64,000 bases of DNA from positions 1 to 64,000 of the forward strand of contig CAXHJY010000899.1 of the NCBI GenBank assembly GCA_964016885.1. The letters run 5' to 3'. A program made the position numbers and the translations under genes. Positions 40,196-53,360 of the stretch are shown here, piece after piece. The stretch is from Eledone cirrhosa (taxonomy: Eukaryota). The first letter of the stretch is position 1; each line of letters opens with the position of its first letter. The notes below the pieces were generated by a model that did not search any database, had not been told where the DNA came from, and worked only from the letters and a program-made list of their open reading frames with translations.

Positions 40196-41850
40196 ATCAT
40201 CATCATCATCATCGTTTAACGTCCATGTTCCACGCTTGCATGGGTTTGGACGGGAGTTTTCCCACTTGAGGCAATTGTGGTTGTCTTGCTCGCATAGGAC
40301 TGTCTGGCGGGTTTTCTACAGCTGGATGCCCTTCCTAACACCAACCACATTTACAGTGTGGAACTGGGAGGTTTTTACCGTGTTACCTACACGGCCACAT
40401 TACAGCGTGGACTGTGTTTTTTTGTCGTGACACCTACACGGTCTCATTTGTTTCGGCCTGGATGTTGTGGCACCAACATAACTTTACATTGAAAGGGGTG
40501 GTGTGGATGGGGTGGGGGCGGTGTGGATGGGGGGGGGGGGGGTATTTTGTTAGAGATGCCTACTGACTGTAGTAGGTTTTACTTTGTATTTAGGTAAGGC
40601 GGGTCTTCTCTATTACTGAGTGCCGCCAAAGATCTCGGTCCAGTGACATTGTCTTGGAGAGGTGTAAGTGTGTGAGGTCGGAGTTTATCAGGTCGTCCCA
40701 GGTTTTTCTGGGTCTGCCTACTCCGTAGCTACCGTCTATCTTTATTGCCCTGCACTTTGTTATACAGCTGTCGTCTTTCATGCGCATCACGTGACCATAC
40801 CAACGTAGCCTTCTCTCGAGTAAACAACATCTGATCCCTCTTATTTCTAATTTTTCCCTTAGTTCGTTTATGCTTTGCCGTTCGCGTATATTACTATTAC
40901 ACATCCAGCGGAGCATGCAAGCTTCGTTCCTCTCTAGTCTGCGTATATCCTCTGCACACCATGCCCAGGTCTCACTGCCATGCAACATTGCTGTTCGTAT
41001 GCAGGCATCATACAGCCTGCCTTTCATTTTTAGGGAGAACCCTTTAGCGGCTAATAGTGGTATAAGCTCTCTGAACTTTTTCCATCCAGTTCTGACTCTA
41101 GCTACTGTACTTTCAGAGCACCCTCCCCCACTGCTGATTTTGTCACCCAGGTAACGGAAGTTGTACACTATTTCTATAGAACCCTCTGTACAATTGAAAG
41201 AGCTAGTATTTTGTGGGCACTTGCTGCTACTTATTGCACCAGAGCACCGGCCACATGTAAAATCTATGTTCTTAGTTAGCTTACCTATGATCCCACTACA
41301 TCTTTTATGCACCCATACTTTGCATTTGGGACATAAAATGGCGTTTCTACCTACGCCTTTCCTACACACTGAGCATGGCCATTTCCCGGAAGGGACCGCC
41401 GCCTTATTTTCTTTCCTACAAACTAGAACTTTAGTCTTAGCCAGGTTAATTTTAAGGCCTTTTGATTCTAGGCCATGCTTCCATGTTTGGAATTTCTTCT
41501 CTAGCTCGGCCATTGATTCAGCTATGAGCGTTAGATCATCTGCGTATAGGAGTTCCCATGGGCAGCCGGTCTTGAACTCCACTGTTATAGCCTGAAGGGC
41601 AATAATAAATAGTAGGGGGCTAAGAACAGAGCCCTGATGAACACCAACTTTTACGCTAAACTCTTCACTATATTCGTTGTTAATTCTAACCTTGCTGACT
41701 GTTTCTTTATACATGGCTTGTATAGCTCTCACAAGCCATTATCAACACCTAGTTTTCTAAGAGCCCACCAGATAATGGAACGGGGGACTCTGTCAAAGGC
41801 TTTCTCCAAGTCGACAAAAGCTAAGTATAGGGGTTTACTTTTAGCTAGGT

Positions 41851-41851
<1 letters not shown>
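40195..41851 (-). mobile_element. 5'-truncated RTE-clade LINE, copy A
   Basis: RT remnant, ~380-bp 3' UTR and (GAT)n tail; inverted homologue at 46834-48580. Confidence 0.92.
40590..41732 (-). pseudogene. C-terminal part of RTE ORF (RT with embedded PHD finger), open for 380 aa
   Basis: GVHQGSVLSPLLF, LLYADD, GLKINLAKTK, C4HC3 insert, FRYLG, RRLRWYGHV, GRPRKTW; 1-bp frameshift just upstream relative to copy B. Confidence 0.9.
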
Positions 41852-41889
<38 letters not shown>

Positions 41890-41956
41890 TATTATATATA
41901 TATATATATCAAATATATATATCATATATATATATATATATATATCAAATATATAT

Positions 41957-41987
<31 letters not shown>

Positions 41988-42647
41988 CAAATATATATAT
42001 ATATATATATCAAATATATATATCATATATATATATATATATATATATATCAAATATATATCATATATATATATATATCAAATATATATCATATATATAT
42101 ATATATCATATATATATATATATATATATATCAAATATATATCATATATATATATCAAATATATATCATATATATATATATATATATATATCATATATAT
42201 ATATATATATATATATCATATATATATATCAAATATATATCATATATATATATATATATATATCATATATATATATATATATATATATATCATATATATA
42301 TATATATATATATATCATATATATATATATATATCATATATATATCATATATATATATATATATCATATATATATCATATATATATCATATATATATATA
42401 TATCATATATATATATATCATATATATATATATATATCATATATATATATATATCATATATATATATATATATCATATATATATATATATCATATATATA
42501 TAACGAAGGAAATGTGGTAAGGAACCAGGTGGACCATAACGCACCAAAGTACTCAATACTTGAGGTAGTAGAGTGGGTAATAGGAACCAGTAAGACCCCG
42601 GGGTCTTACTGGTTCCTATTATCATATATATATATATATATATATAT

Positions 42648-42690
<43 letters not shown>

Positions 42691-42800
42691 TATATATATA
42701 TATATCATATATATATATATCATATATATATATATATCATATATATATATATATATATATATCATATATATATATATATATCATATATATATATATTGTA
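41852..42800. repeat. (TA)n/ATC microsatellite with a ~120-bp insert at 42501-42621
   Basis: Direct reading. Confidence 0.9.
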
Positions 42801-42802
42801 TA

Positions 42803-43703
42803 CTAGCAGTAAAGCCCGGCGTTGCTCGGGGTCGCTCAGTAGCTGTGTTAAAGTTACAATGTTAAGTTTCTTTTTTGGCTTAAAAACTGTAGTGTCTACT
42901 GTGCAGACTTGCATGTGGTGTTTTTGATTAATATTCCCTCAACCAACAATATGCCTTATGAAGTTAAGAAAACATAACGATAACCCGAATGTTATAACAA
43001 AATAGGATGCTGGGGATAAAAACTGCACTGGTTATTTATTAACAAAGATCGAAAATGTAAACACTGCAACGCAGAGAAAAACATTAGCGTAACCAAATTA
43101 TCAGTTATGTCTGTCTGCATGCCTATATCACCTCTCTGCATGACTGTCTGTCTGCACGCCTATATCACCTCTCTGCACGACTGTCTGTCTGCACGCCTAT
43201 ATCACCTCTCTGCACGACTATCTGTCTGCACGCGTATATCACCTCTCTGCACGACTATCTGTCTGCACGCCTAACGACGAAATATTTGCTTGTTTTACGT
43301 AGTCTTTAAATAGACTTGTTTTCAAGTAAAAATATTGTTTTAAAATGCTTTTAAATGGAAATGAAGCAAAACGGAAGCTTAGTGTTCGAACTGATGAATT
43401 CTGTTCGTGTATTGTGTTAATGTCATTTAAACGCTGAGAAAGCCAGCGTAATTTTTTACGTAAGACGCTCAATGTAAACAGAACAAAGCGAAATAACTGA
43501 TAACTTACGCTCAAAAATCGATACATTATATTCGATTTCGTCACATAGGGTGGGTCAATTTGAAATTTTTTTTTTCCCGATGTCTTCGCTAGGGCTCAAT
43601 GTACAAGTATAGCAATTTCGGTGCAATTCGTGAGAGATTCTAAGAGGAGATGTGTGCCAAAAATCGATAGACAGACAGACAACCACAGTTTTATATATAT
43701 AGA
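42803..43703 (-). mobile_element. Non-autonomous Helitron
   Basis: Minus strand reads A|TCTATATATATAAAA ... CCCGAGCAACGCCGGG hairpin ... CTAG|T; internal 37-bp tandem repeat at 43108-43272. Confidence 0.82.
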
Positions 43704-43917
43704 TATATTATATATATATATATATATCATATATATATATATATATATCATTATATATACTATATATGATATATATATATATATATATATCATATATATA
43801 TATATATATCATATATATATATATATATATATATCATATATATATATATATATCATATATATAATATATATATATATCATATATATATATATATCATATA
43901 TATATATATATATATAT

Positions 43918-43956
<39 letters not shown>

Positions 43957-43975
43957 TATATATATATATATATAT

Positions 43976-44006
<31 letters not shown>

Positions 44007-44116
44007 CATATATATATATATCATATATATATATATATATATATATATCATATATATATATATATATATCATATATATATATATATATATATATCATATA
44101 TATATATACTATATAT

Positions 44117-44163
<47 letters not shown>

Positions 44164-44400
44164 TATATATATATATATATATATCATATATATATATATA
44201 TATCATATATATATATATATATCATATATATATATATATATATCATATATATATATATATATCATATATATATATATACATATCATATATATATATATCA
44301 TATATATATATATATCATAATATATATATATATCATATCATCATCATCATCATCAACGTTTAACTCTACTATGTATCATCATCATCATCATCATTATCAT
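43704..44400. repeat. (TA)n/ATC microsatellite and (CAT)n tails
   Basis: Direct reading. Confidence 0.9.
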
Positions 44401-44935
44401 TATTATCGTTTAACGTCCGTGTTCCACGCTTGCATGGGTTTGGACGGGGGTTTTGCCACTTGAGTCAAGAGTGATTGTCTTGCTCGCATAGGACTGTCTG
44501 GTGGGTTTTCTACAGCTGGATGCCCTTCCTAACACCAACCACATTTACAGTGTGGGGCTGGGAGGTTTTTACCGTGTTGCCTACATGGCCACATTACAGC
44601 GTGGACTGTCTGGCGGGTTTTCTACAGCTGGATGCCCTTCCTAACACCAACCACATTTACAGTGTGGGGCTGGGAGGTTTTTACCGTGTTACCTACACGG
44701 CCACATTACAGCATGGACTGTGTGTTTTTTTGTCGTGACACCTACACGATCTCATTTGTTTCGGCTTGGATGTTGTGGCACCAACATAACTTTACATTGA
44801 AAGGGGCGGTGTGGATGGGGTGGGGGGGGGGGGGGGGGGACGGGGGTGTGTTTTGTTAGAGATGCCTACTGACTGTAATAGGTTTTACTTTGTAGTTAGG
44901 TAAGGCGGGTCTTCTCTATTACTGAGTACCGCCAA
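44400..44935 (-). mobile_element. RTE LINE copy C (3' UTR plus last codons) with internal ~112-bp duplication
   Basis: Matches 40210-40628; GGACTGTCTGG...CATTACAGC block occurs twice. Confidence 0.88.
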
Positions 44936-45255
44936 TATATCATATATATATATATATATATCATATATATATATATGATATATATATATATAATATATAT
45001 ATGATATATATATATATATAATATATATATGATATATATATATATATAATATATATATGATATATATATATATATAATATATATATGATATATATATATA
45101 TATAATATATATATGATATATATATATATAATATATATATGATATATATATATATATAATATATATATGATATATATATATATATAATATATATATGATA
45201 TATATATATAATATATATATGATATATATATATATATAATATATATATGATATAT

Positions 45256-45290
<35 letters not shown>

Positions 45291-45330
45291 GATATATATA
45301 TATATATAATATATATATTATATATATATA

Positions 45331-45387
<57 letters not shown>

Positions 45388-45465
45388 ATATATATATATA
45401 TATATATGATATATATATATATATATATATATTGATATATATATATATATATATATGATATATAT

Positions 45466-45500
<35 letters not shown>

Positions 45501-45594
45501 GATATATATATATATATATTATATATATATATTATATATATATATATATATTATATATATATATATTATATATATATATATATATTATATATAT

Positions 45595-45647
<53 letters not shown>

Positions 45648-45653
45648 ATATAT

Positions 45654-45712
<59 letters not shown>

Positions 45713-45754
45713 ATCATACATATATATATATATCATATATATATATATATATAT
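44936..45754. repeat. (TA)n microsatellite, partly with a ~28-bp higher-order unit
   Basis: GATATATATATATATATAATATATATAT repeats. Confidence 0.9.
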
Positions 45755-45963
45755 ATAAGTATGTATACGTACATACATATATCTTTCCAGACGTACAGTA
45801 GTATGTATATATATATACACATACATGCACATATATATATATGTACGTATGGATTCACCCAACATTTATTATAATGCTCGGTGTGTTTGTAAACAAACAT
45901 CCTGAATTAAGCCGTACAGTGTCTAGCAACCATCGTGCTCATTTGTTCAACACTGACAAAGGA

Positions 45964-46006
45964 ACGCTGTACTAATTTCAAGCTTATTAGCTATCGTCAG
46001 CAACGT
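45964..46006 (-). ncRNA. Type I hammerhead ribozyme, inverted copy with a stem III C>T change
   Basis: Minus strand: ACGTTG CTGACGA T AGCT AATA AGCT T GAAA TTAG TA CAGCGT. Confidence 0.7.
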
Positions 46007-46267
46007 ATACCTTACCGCATGTATGTATATATATATATACATACTGCTGCATGTCTGTATACATATATGTATGTACGTATACATACTTATATTTAAGTAA
46101 CAGCCGTACTAAGAGTGAGAAATGAAATTACGTTTCATTTTTTCCGTTTATCGTTTCGGTCCTCCGGCCGATTAACTCACTCAATATGCAAATTAGGCTG
46201 CTCAGCCGTTAATATACATAAGGAAAGTATATACTTTCAGATGTTCAATCATCTGGCAGGAAGGTAG

Positions 46268-46310
46268 ACGTTGCTGACGATAGCTCATAAGCTTGAAACT
46301 AGTACAGCGT
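46268..46310 (+). ncRNA. Type I hammerhead ribozyme
   Basis: ACGTTG CTGACGA T AGCT CATA AGCT T GAAA CTAG TA CAGCGT; palindromic ACTAGT stem III; predicted cleavage after A46304. Confidence 0.82.
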
Positions 46311-46803
46311 TGAACAAATGAGCAACGATGGTTGCTAGACACTGTACGGCTTAATTCGGGATGTTTGTTTACAAACACACCGAGCATTATAATAAATGTT
46401 CGGTGAATCCATATGTACATATATATATGTGTGCATGTATATATATATATACATACTACTGTACGTCTGTATACATATATGTATGTACGTATACATACTT
46501 ATATTTAAGTAACAGCCGTACTAAGAGTGGGAAATGAAATTTTGTTTCATTTTTTCCGTTTATATATATATATCCTCATCGTTTAACGTCCATCTTCCAC
46601 GCTAGCATGGGTTATATATATATCATATATATATATATCATATATATCATATATATATATCATTATTTTACATACATTTTCTATTCTGGAATGGGCTGGA
46701 CATGTACATATCATCATCATAATCATTATCATTTAACAATGGGATGATGATGATGTTGATATGTGCGTGTGTGTGGGGGGGGGGGGGGGTATGTGTGTGT
46801 GTT

Positions 46804-46833
<30 letters not shown>

Positions 46834-46834
<1 letters not shown>

Positions 46835-48580
46835 TGACCTAGATGAAATGCAGTTCGGGTTTGTGTCAGGCAAAAGTACCACAGACGCTCTTTTCATTGT
46901 ACGACAACTACAGGAGAAGTACCTAGCTAAAGGTAAACCCCTCTACTTAGCTTTTGTCGACTTGGAGAAAGCCTTCGACAGAGTCCCCCGCTCCATTATC
47001 TGGTGGGCTCTTAGAAAACTAGGCGTTGACGAATGGCTTGTGAGAGCTACACAAGCCATGTATAAAGAAACAGTCAGCAAGGTTAGAATTAACAACGAAT
47101 ATAGTGAAGAGTTTAGCGTAAAAGTTGGCGTCCATCAGGGCTCTGTTCTCAGCCCCCTACTATTTATTATTGCCCTTCAGGCTATAACAGAGGAGTTCAA
47201 GACCGGCTGCCCATGGGAACTCCTATACGCAGATGACCTGACACTCATAGTGGAATCAATGGCCGAGCTAGAGAAGAAATTCCAAACATGGAAGCACTGC
47301 CTAGAATCAAAAGGCCTTAAAATTAACCTGGCTAAGACTAAAGTTCTAGTTTGTAGGAAAGAAAATAAGGCGGCGGTCCCTTCTGGGAAATGGTCGTGCT
47401 CGGTGTGTAGGAAAGGCGTAGGTAGAAACTCCATTTTATGTCCTAAATGCAAAGTATGGGTGCATAAAAGATGTAGTGGGATCACAGGTAAGCTAACTAA
47501 GAACATAGATTTTACATGTGGCCAGTGCTCTGGTGCAATAAGTAGCAGCAAGTGCCAAAAAATACTAGCTCTTTCAATTGCGCAGAGGGTTCTATAGAAA
47601 TAGTGGACAGTTTCCATTACCTGGGTGATAAAATCAGCAGTGGGGGAGGGTGCTCTGAAAGTACAGTAGCTAGAGTCAGAACTGGTTAGAAAAAGTTCAG
47701 AGAGCTTATACCACTATTAGCTGCTAAAGGGTTCTCCCTAAAAATGAAAGGCAGGTTGTACGATGCCTGCATACGAACAGCAATGTTGCATGGCAGTGAG
47801 ACCTGGGCATTGTGTGCAGAGGATATACGCAGACTAGAGAGGAACGAAGCTTGCATGCTCCGCTGGATGTGTAATAGTAATATACGTGAACGGCAAAGCA
47901 TAAACGAACTAAGGAAAAAATTAGAAATAAGAGGGATCAGATGTTGTTTACTCGAGAGAAGGCTACGTTGGCATGGACAGGTGATGCGCATGAAAGTCGA
48001 TAGCTGTATAACAAAGTGCAGGGCAATAAAGATAGACGGTAGCCACGGAATAGGCAGACCTAGAAAAACCTGGGACGAGCTGATAAACTCCAACCTCACA
48101 CACTTACACCTCTCCAAGACAATGTCACTGGACCGAGACCTTTGGCGGTACTCAGTAACAGAGAAGACCCGCCTTACCTAAATACATAGTAAAACCTACT
48201 ACAGCCAGTAGGCATCTCTAACAAAATACCCCCCCCCCCATCCACACCGCCCCCACCCCATCCACACCACCCCTTTCAATGTAAAGTTATGTTGGTGCCA
48301 CAACATCCAGGCCGAAACAAATGAGACCGTGTAGGTGTCACGACAAAAAAACACAGTCCACGCTGTAATGTGGCCATGTAGGCAACACGGTAAAAACCTC
48401 CCAGACCCACACTGTAAATGTGGTTGGTGTTAGGAAGGGCATCCAACTGTAGAAAACCTGCCAGACAGTCCTATGCGAGCAAGACAATCACTCTTGCCTC
48501 AAGTGGGACTACCCCCGTCCAAACCCATGCAAGCGTGGAACACGGACGTTAAACGTTGATGATGATGATGATGATGATGA
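46834..48580 (+). mobile_element. 5'-truncated RTE-clade LINE, copy B (frameshift near 47556, stop near 47687)
   Basis: QFGFVSGKSTTDA, AFVDLEKAFDRV, QGSVLSPLLF, YADD, PHD finger, 3' UTR, (GAT)n tail. Confidence 0.93.
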
Positions 48581-49134
48581 TAAATCATACTAACAATTGA
48601 ACATTCCTCTATTTTCATGTTCTAATATTTAGTTTCATATATCATCCCCCTGAGTTGTGTGTTGTTAGAGGTTGTGGAAGTGAGATATGTTTTTAAGTTT
48701 TACCAAAGTTTATAATGAAGTGTCAAGGCTATGTGACCTTATCATTAACATGGCCAACTGTGGAATGTCAGGCTTAATATTTTTCTTGGTAATTGTGAAA
48801 AAAAAATGCTAAGTGAGTTAGAAATGGAGAAAGGTGCAGTTTTAAACCCTACTTACCATACATACATACACACACACATAATACAATCATACATATATAA
48901 ATAATAATGGGCTTCTGCACAGTTCCCATCAGCCCATTGCCTTAGCCATGGGATTAAACCCAAAACATGTGATTGTGAAATTAACCATAGGGCCATCTTA
49001 GTATTATTTATTCATCACTCAGAAAAATAGTAATGAGCAAAAGCATGTGTGTAAGGAGTTAATAAGGAGTTTGAGATACTCCCCAGTATGTATTCTTCAT
49101 ACCTACATCAATATTGCATATCCATTATATGAGG

Positions 49135-49575
49135 TAGTAGTGCTGGTGCCACGATTAAATGCACCCAGTCCACCCTGTAAAACAGTAGTGCTGGTGCCAC
49201 GATTAAATGCACCCAGTCCACCCTGTAAAACAGTAGTGCTGTTGCCACAAATAAAAGCACCCAGTCCACTTAGTAAATTTGGTAGTGCTGGTGCCACAAC
49301 AAAAGGACCCAATCCACACCTTGTAAGGTGGAAGTGCTGGTTCCACAACAAAAAACACCAAGTCCACTCTGTAAGGTGGTAATGCTAGTGCCACGACAAA
49401 AGCAGCCAGTCCACCCAGTAAGATGATAGTACTGGTGCCTCAAAAAATACTCCCAGTACACTATGTAAAGGCGTTGCAGTTGAGAGGGGCATCCAGCTAT
49501 AGAAACCAAACCTCAGAACATAACAACCAATCTAATCCATGTAATGGATGGGAAATAGACGTTAAATGGTGATGA
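49135..49575 (+). repeat. ~48-bp tandem repeat with RTE-like tail, same family as 8405-8960
   Basis: GTAGTGCTGGTGCCACGATTAAATGCACCCAGTCCACCCTGTAAA units ending GGGCATCCAGCTATAGAAA...GACGTTAAA. Confidence 0.8.
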
Positions 49576-49865
49576 TAATTACTATTAATAATGTGTGATA
49601 CATTCTCGGTAACTATACAAGGTGAAAAAAATACGATTATGAATAGATAAAGAAGAAATAGGTTACAGAATAAAGAAAAGTACTATTGACACTAAGCTAA
49701 GAGAGTTTGGAGCACTGAGTAGGTCAGCTTTAAACATTGTTAGAAGAGTTGATTAACCAAGCTTCCTTTTGTGTTCTGATGACAATAATGTATCTAGGCA
49801 CCACATCCTAGTCCAGTTATTTCTGACATCATCATAATCAAGGTGTAAACAGTCTTTGCATGCTA

Positions 49866-50455
49866 GGGATTGGCAGTATCGGTAGAGGGTCGGACGCCAT
49901 GGTTTGCAGCACAGTTACGTCCCTTTACGGACTGAGTTGAAATCCCGCCGAGGTTAACTTTGCCTTTCATCCTTACGGGGTCGATAAAATAAAGTACCAG
50001 TAATACACTGGGATAATTGCTGGCCTTGTGTCAAAAAGTAGAAACAATTATTATTATCAAAAGGGCGGTGAATTGGCAGTATCAGTAGAGGGTCGGACGC
50101 CATGCTTTCCAGCATAGTTACGTCCCTGTACAGTCTAAGTTCAAATCCCGTCGAGGTTAACTTTGCTTTCAACCTTATGGGGTTGATAAAATAAAGTACC
50201 AGTAATGCACTGGGTAATTGCTGGCCTTGTGCCAAAAGTAGAAACAATTATCAAAAGAGCGGGGGATTGGCAGTATCGGTAGAGGGTCAGACGCCATGCT
50301 TTGCAGCATAGAGTTACGGCCCTTTACGGTCTGAGTTTAAATCCCACCAAGGTTAGCTTTGCCTTTCATCTTTACAGGGTCGATAAAATAAAGTACCAGT
50401 ATCGCACTGGGGTTTATTTAATCAACTTTCGCCTCCTGCCTAAATCAGAAACTAT
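49866..50455 (+). mobile_element. Three head-to-tail Nin/Deu-like SINEs
   Basis: Heads ATTGGCAGTATC near 49869, 50072 and 50266, joined by ATTATCAAAAG(G/A)GCGG. Confidence 0.88.
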
Positions 50456-50836
50456 TATTTCTTTTTATGACTTAGAAGTAGAAGGGCACTCCTATAACAT
50501 TGTGTTAGAGGAGCTGATCTTCTGTGCCTTTTGGAAGAAAGAAGAAAGTTATCTTCAGACAGAGGCTTGACTTAAATGGTTGCAAAATTATTAATTCTGT
50601 TAAAATTACCCAAAGATAGAGCCTACCAATAAAGAACAAAAACAATCCTATCAATGGGCTTCTACATAGTTTCTGCCCATAGAATTTCACTTTTGAGGGT
50701 TTTGGTTGACCTGAGGTTATGGTAGAAGATATTTAACCAAGTATTGTGCTGCAAAGTCAAACTCAAGACCACACAGCTCTGAACTGAACTTCTTAACCAC
50801 ACAGCTATGCCTTCACACATGTGTTGAATACCTTAA

Positions 50837-51032
50837 CCCTTTAGCATTTACATTACTCTATATTTACTATTGTATTTTCACAGTAAATATTTTATCTCAC
50901 ATAATTATCCCACATAATATCGAATCTACGAGATTTTGTTGTTATCTATTTTGAGAACAATACCTTAACATATGTATGAGCAACTGGTTATGGCCAGTTT
51001 GAACAGGGAAGGTTGGTTTAAATGCTAAAGGT
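50837..51032. mobile_element. piggyBac-type MITE family A
   Basis: TTAA|CCCTTTAGCATTTAC ... TAAATGCTAAAGGT|TTAA. Confidence 0.82.
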
Positions 51033-53360
51033 TTAAACCATCCAGCATATCACAAAATCCCCTTGGTCTTCTGAGATGTCACTCATTATTTCTTCCACAG
51101 ATAATAATCACTGACAATACACAGTCTTTATCCAACACTCATCTAACATACTTGGATAAAGAGATATTGCATTGGCAGAAACTAACAGACTTAGAAGGAA
51201 GGGTTATAATCAATTGAATGAATCCCTTATTTTATCACCAAAGAAGGTTGGAAATCAAAATTGAACTCCATCAGGTTTTAAACTCAGAATATAGAAAAAC
51301 AAAAATAAATATTGAAATACACTTAGACCAATTCACCACATTTGCATATTTAAATAATAGATTTGCAAAGGTAGTGAATTAGCAGAGTTGTTAGAGCTGT
51401 TAGGCTTTGTCAGGTTTAGAATACCCAAGACACTATGATAGAACTCCATCGGAGTTAAGGGCCATTTGTCCTCCTTTTATTTATATCAATTCACAAAAAT
51501 TACCTTCTGCCAATATCTATTTTCTTGAAAAGATTGACCAGTTAAGAAAAGTGGTTGAATGTAAGGCTGAATCAAATACTTTATGGAAAGGAAAGTTGGT
51601 AAAATATCAGTAATATAGGGTTAGCTTAACTGCAACTCCATGACATGAATTGGTTTATTACAGACCTGTCAACCCTCCCCATCTGGCAGGGAGACCTCCC
51701 ACCAACTTTGGGGTGGGTGAGTGATGTCTTCTCTTGTGAAAATGGGTTTAGCTTTCATTATGTAAAATCTCCCCATTTTGCCTCACTTTTTTTCATGGTA
51801 CTCCCCATTTGTTATTATTTAACTTTTAACATTCTATACTCCATCAAATCACATTAACAAGACATTCTTGAAAAGTACAAAACAGCACTATGACTATCAC
51901 ATTAAAAATGAGTCTTTACTTTAATACTGCAATTTTCACAACAATCTGTCCTCAAGTAAATGATACTATAAATATTAGCATAAACATTTGATTCAACAAA
52001 CCAGCTTTTAGATATTTTCTGCTAAATAGTTACAAGATGTTAACAATTAATTAAAGAGAATCCATATTTTCAGGAATTATCTGCTGAATTAAACAGAACA
52101 AAGTGCTTATCTACTAAGATTAAATTGCTAGGTCACCTGGCATCAATGTGTGAAAGATTAATCATTATATTTATTGTCCCTATCACCACCACTACTGCTA
52201 CTACCAACACCACCACTACCATCAACCGAGTGTTCCAAAACCATACAATGGAGACCTAGTAGCAAATGTTGAATTGATATTTAGTCATTTTGTAATCAGA
52301 ACATTTCATCAAATTTTCCTGACATTTTAACAAAGTAGGTTTCACTTGATACTTAAATTTACACATGCATGCGTGAGCACACACACACACATACACACAA
52401 GCTATATGTGCTTGTTGACTGAGAGAATACAAAGATATATATAGATGATGATATATATATAAAAGGATATATATATATACATTAAATGATATATACAGGG
52501 CATCCCAAAAAATGTATACACACTTCAACAGCATTCTAATAAAAGTGTGTATACATTTTTTTCCTGTATATATATATCATTATCATTTAATGTCAATTCT
52601 TCCATACAAAAATATACTTATATATGTGTGCATTCTAATTCAAATCCTGCCATGGTCGACTTTATGTTTAATTTTCTGGAGGTTGATAAATAAAGTACCA
52701 CCAGATTTAACTGCCCAAGATATGCTGTAAATCATGATGACACCTCTAGACTCCATCATGTGTTCAGAGTCCACACAGAGTCCAAAAATTCTGCATGTAA
52801 TAACTGCATGTTCACATGTTCAGATACAAAGCACATGCACAACTCCAAACCTACACATCCACATATACAATAACATCCATACCTGCACACACACACACGC
52901 ATCCATGTATGCAGACATGCATATATATCTACCTAGTTCATGTTGTTTAAACTCCAATGAGAGAGTCTTGAGTCTATGTTAGAAACTGGCTCTCTCTCTA
53001 TTGGTAAATATCTATAAAATTACAAAACCAGAGCACACAAACACACACACATACACACATTATCTATGTCATTTATTTAATACCAGCAATAAGGTCTTTC
53101 CTTTATTCTGGATCAAAGTCTCCTTCCTTTACTCCTTTAAATGCATCTGCTACCTCTAACATTTTCTGAACTCCTCTGACCACCAAAAATTATTTGTTCA
53201 CCTCTAATCCTGGATAAAAAATGTCTATCTTACTTCACACCTCTCTCAAGTCATTGTCTTCAATGACTTCAATACTTCACTTGTTCACAGCTCTTCTTTG
53301 CTCTCACACACTGATCCCACACTGCTGTTGCTGAGAAACTGAATATTTTCCAATTCTTAA

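Larger units (their letters stand above)
45755..46562. mobile_element. Second hammerhead-bearing repeat: inverted partial copy plus ~1.3 direct units of 412 bp (Penelope pLTR / retrozyme-like)
   Basis: 45755-46012 is the reverse complement of ~46260-46505; AAGTAACAGCCGTACTAAGAGT at 46095 and 46507. Confidence 0.8.

Noticed and set aside
40870-48117. ORFs antisense to the RTE copies
   Set aside because: Shadow frames of the RT coding sequence
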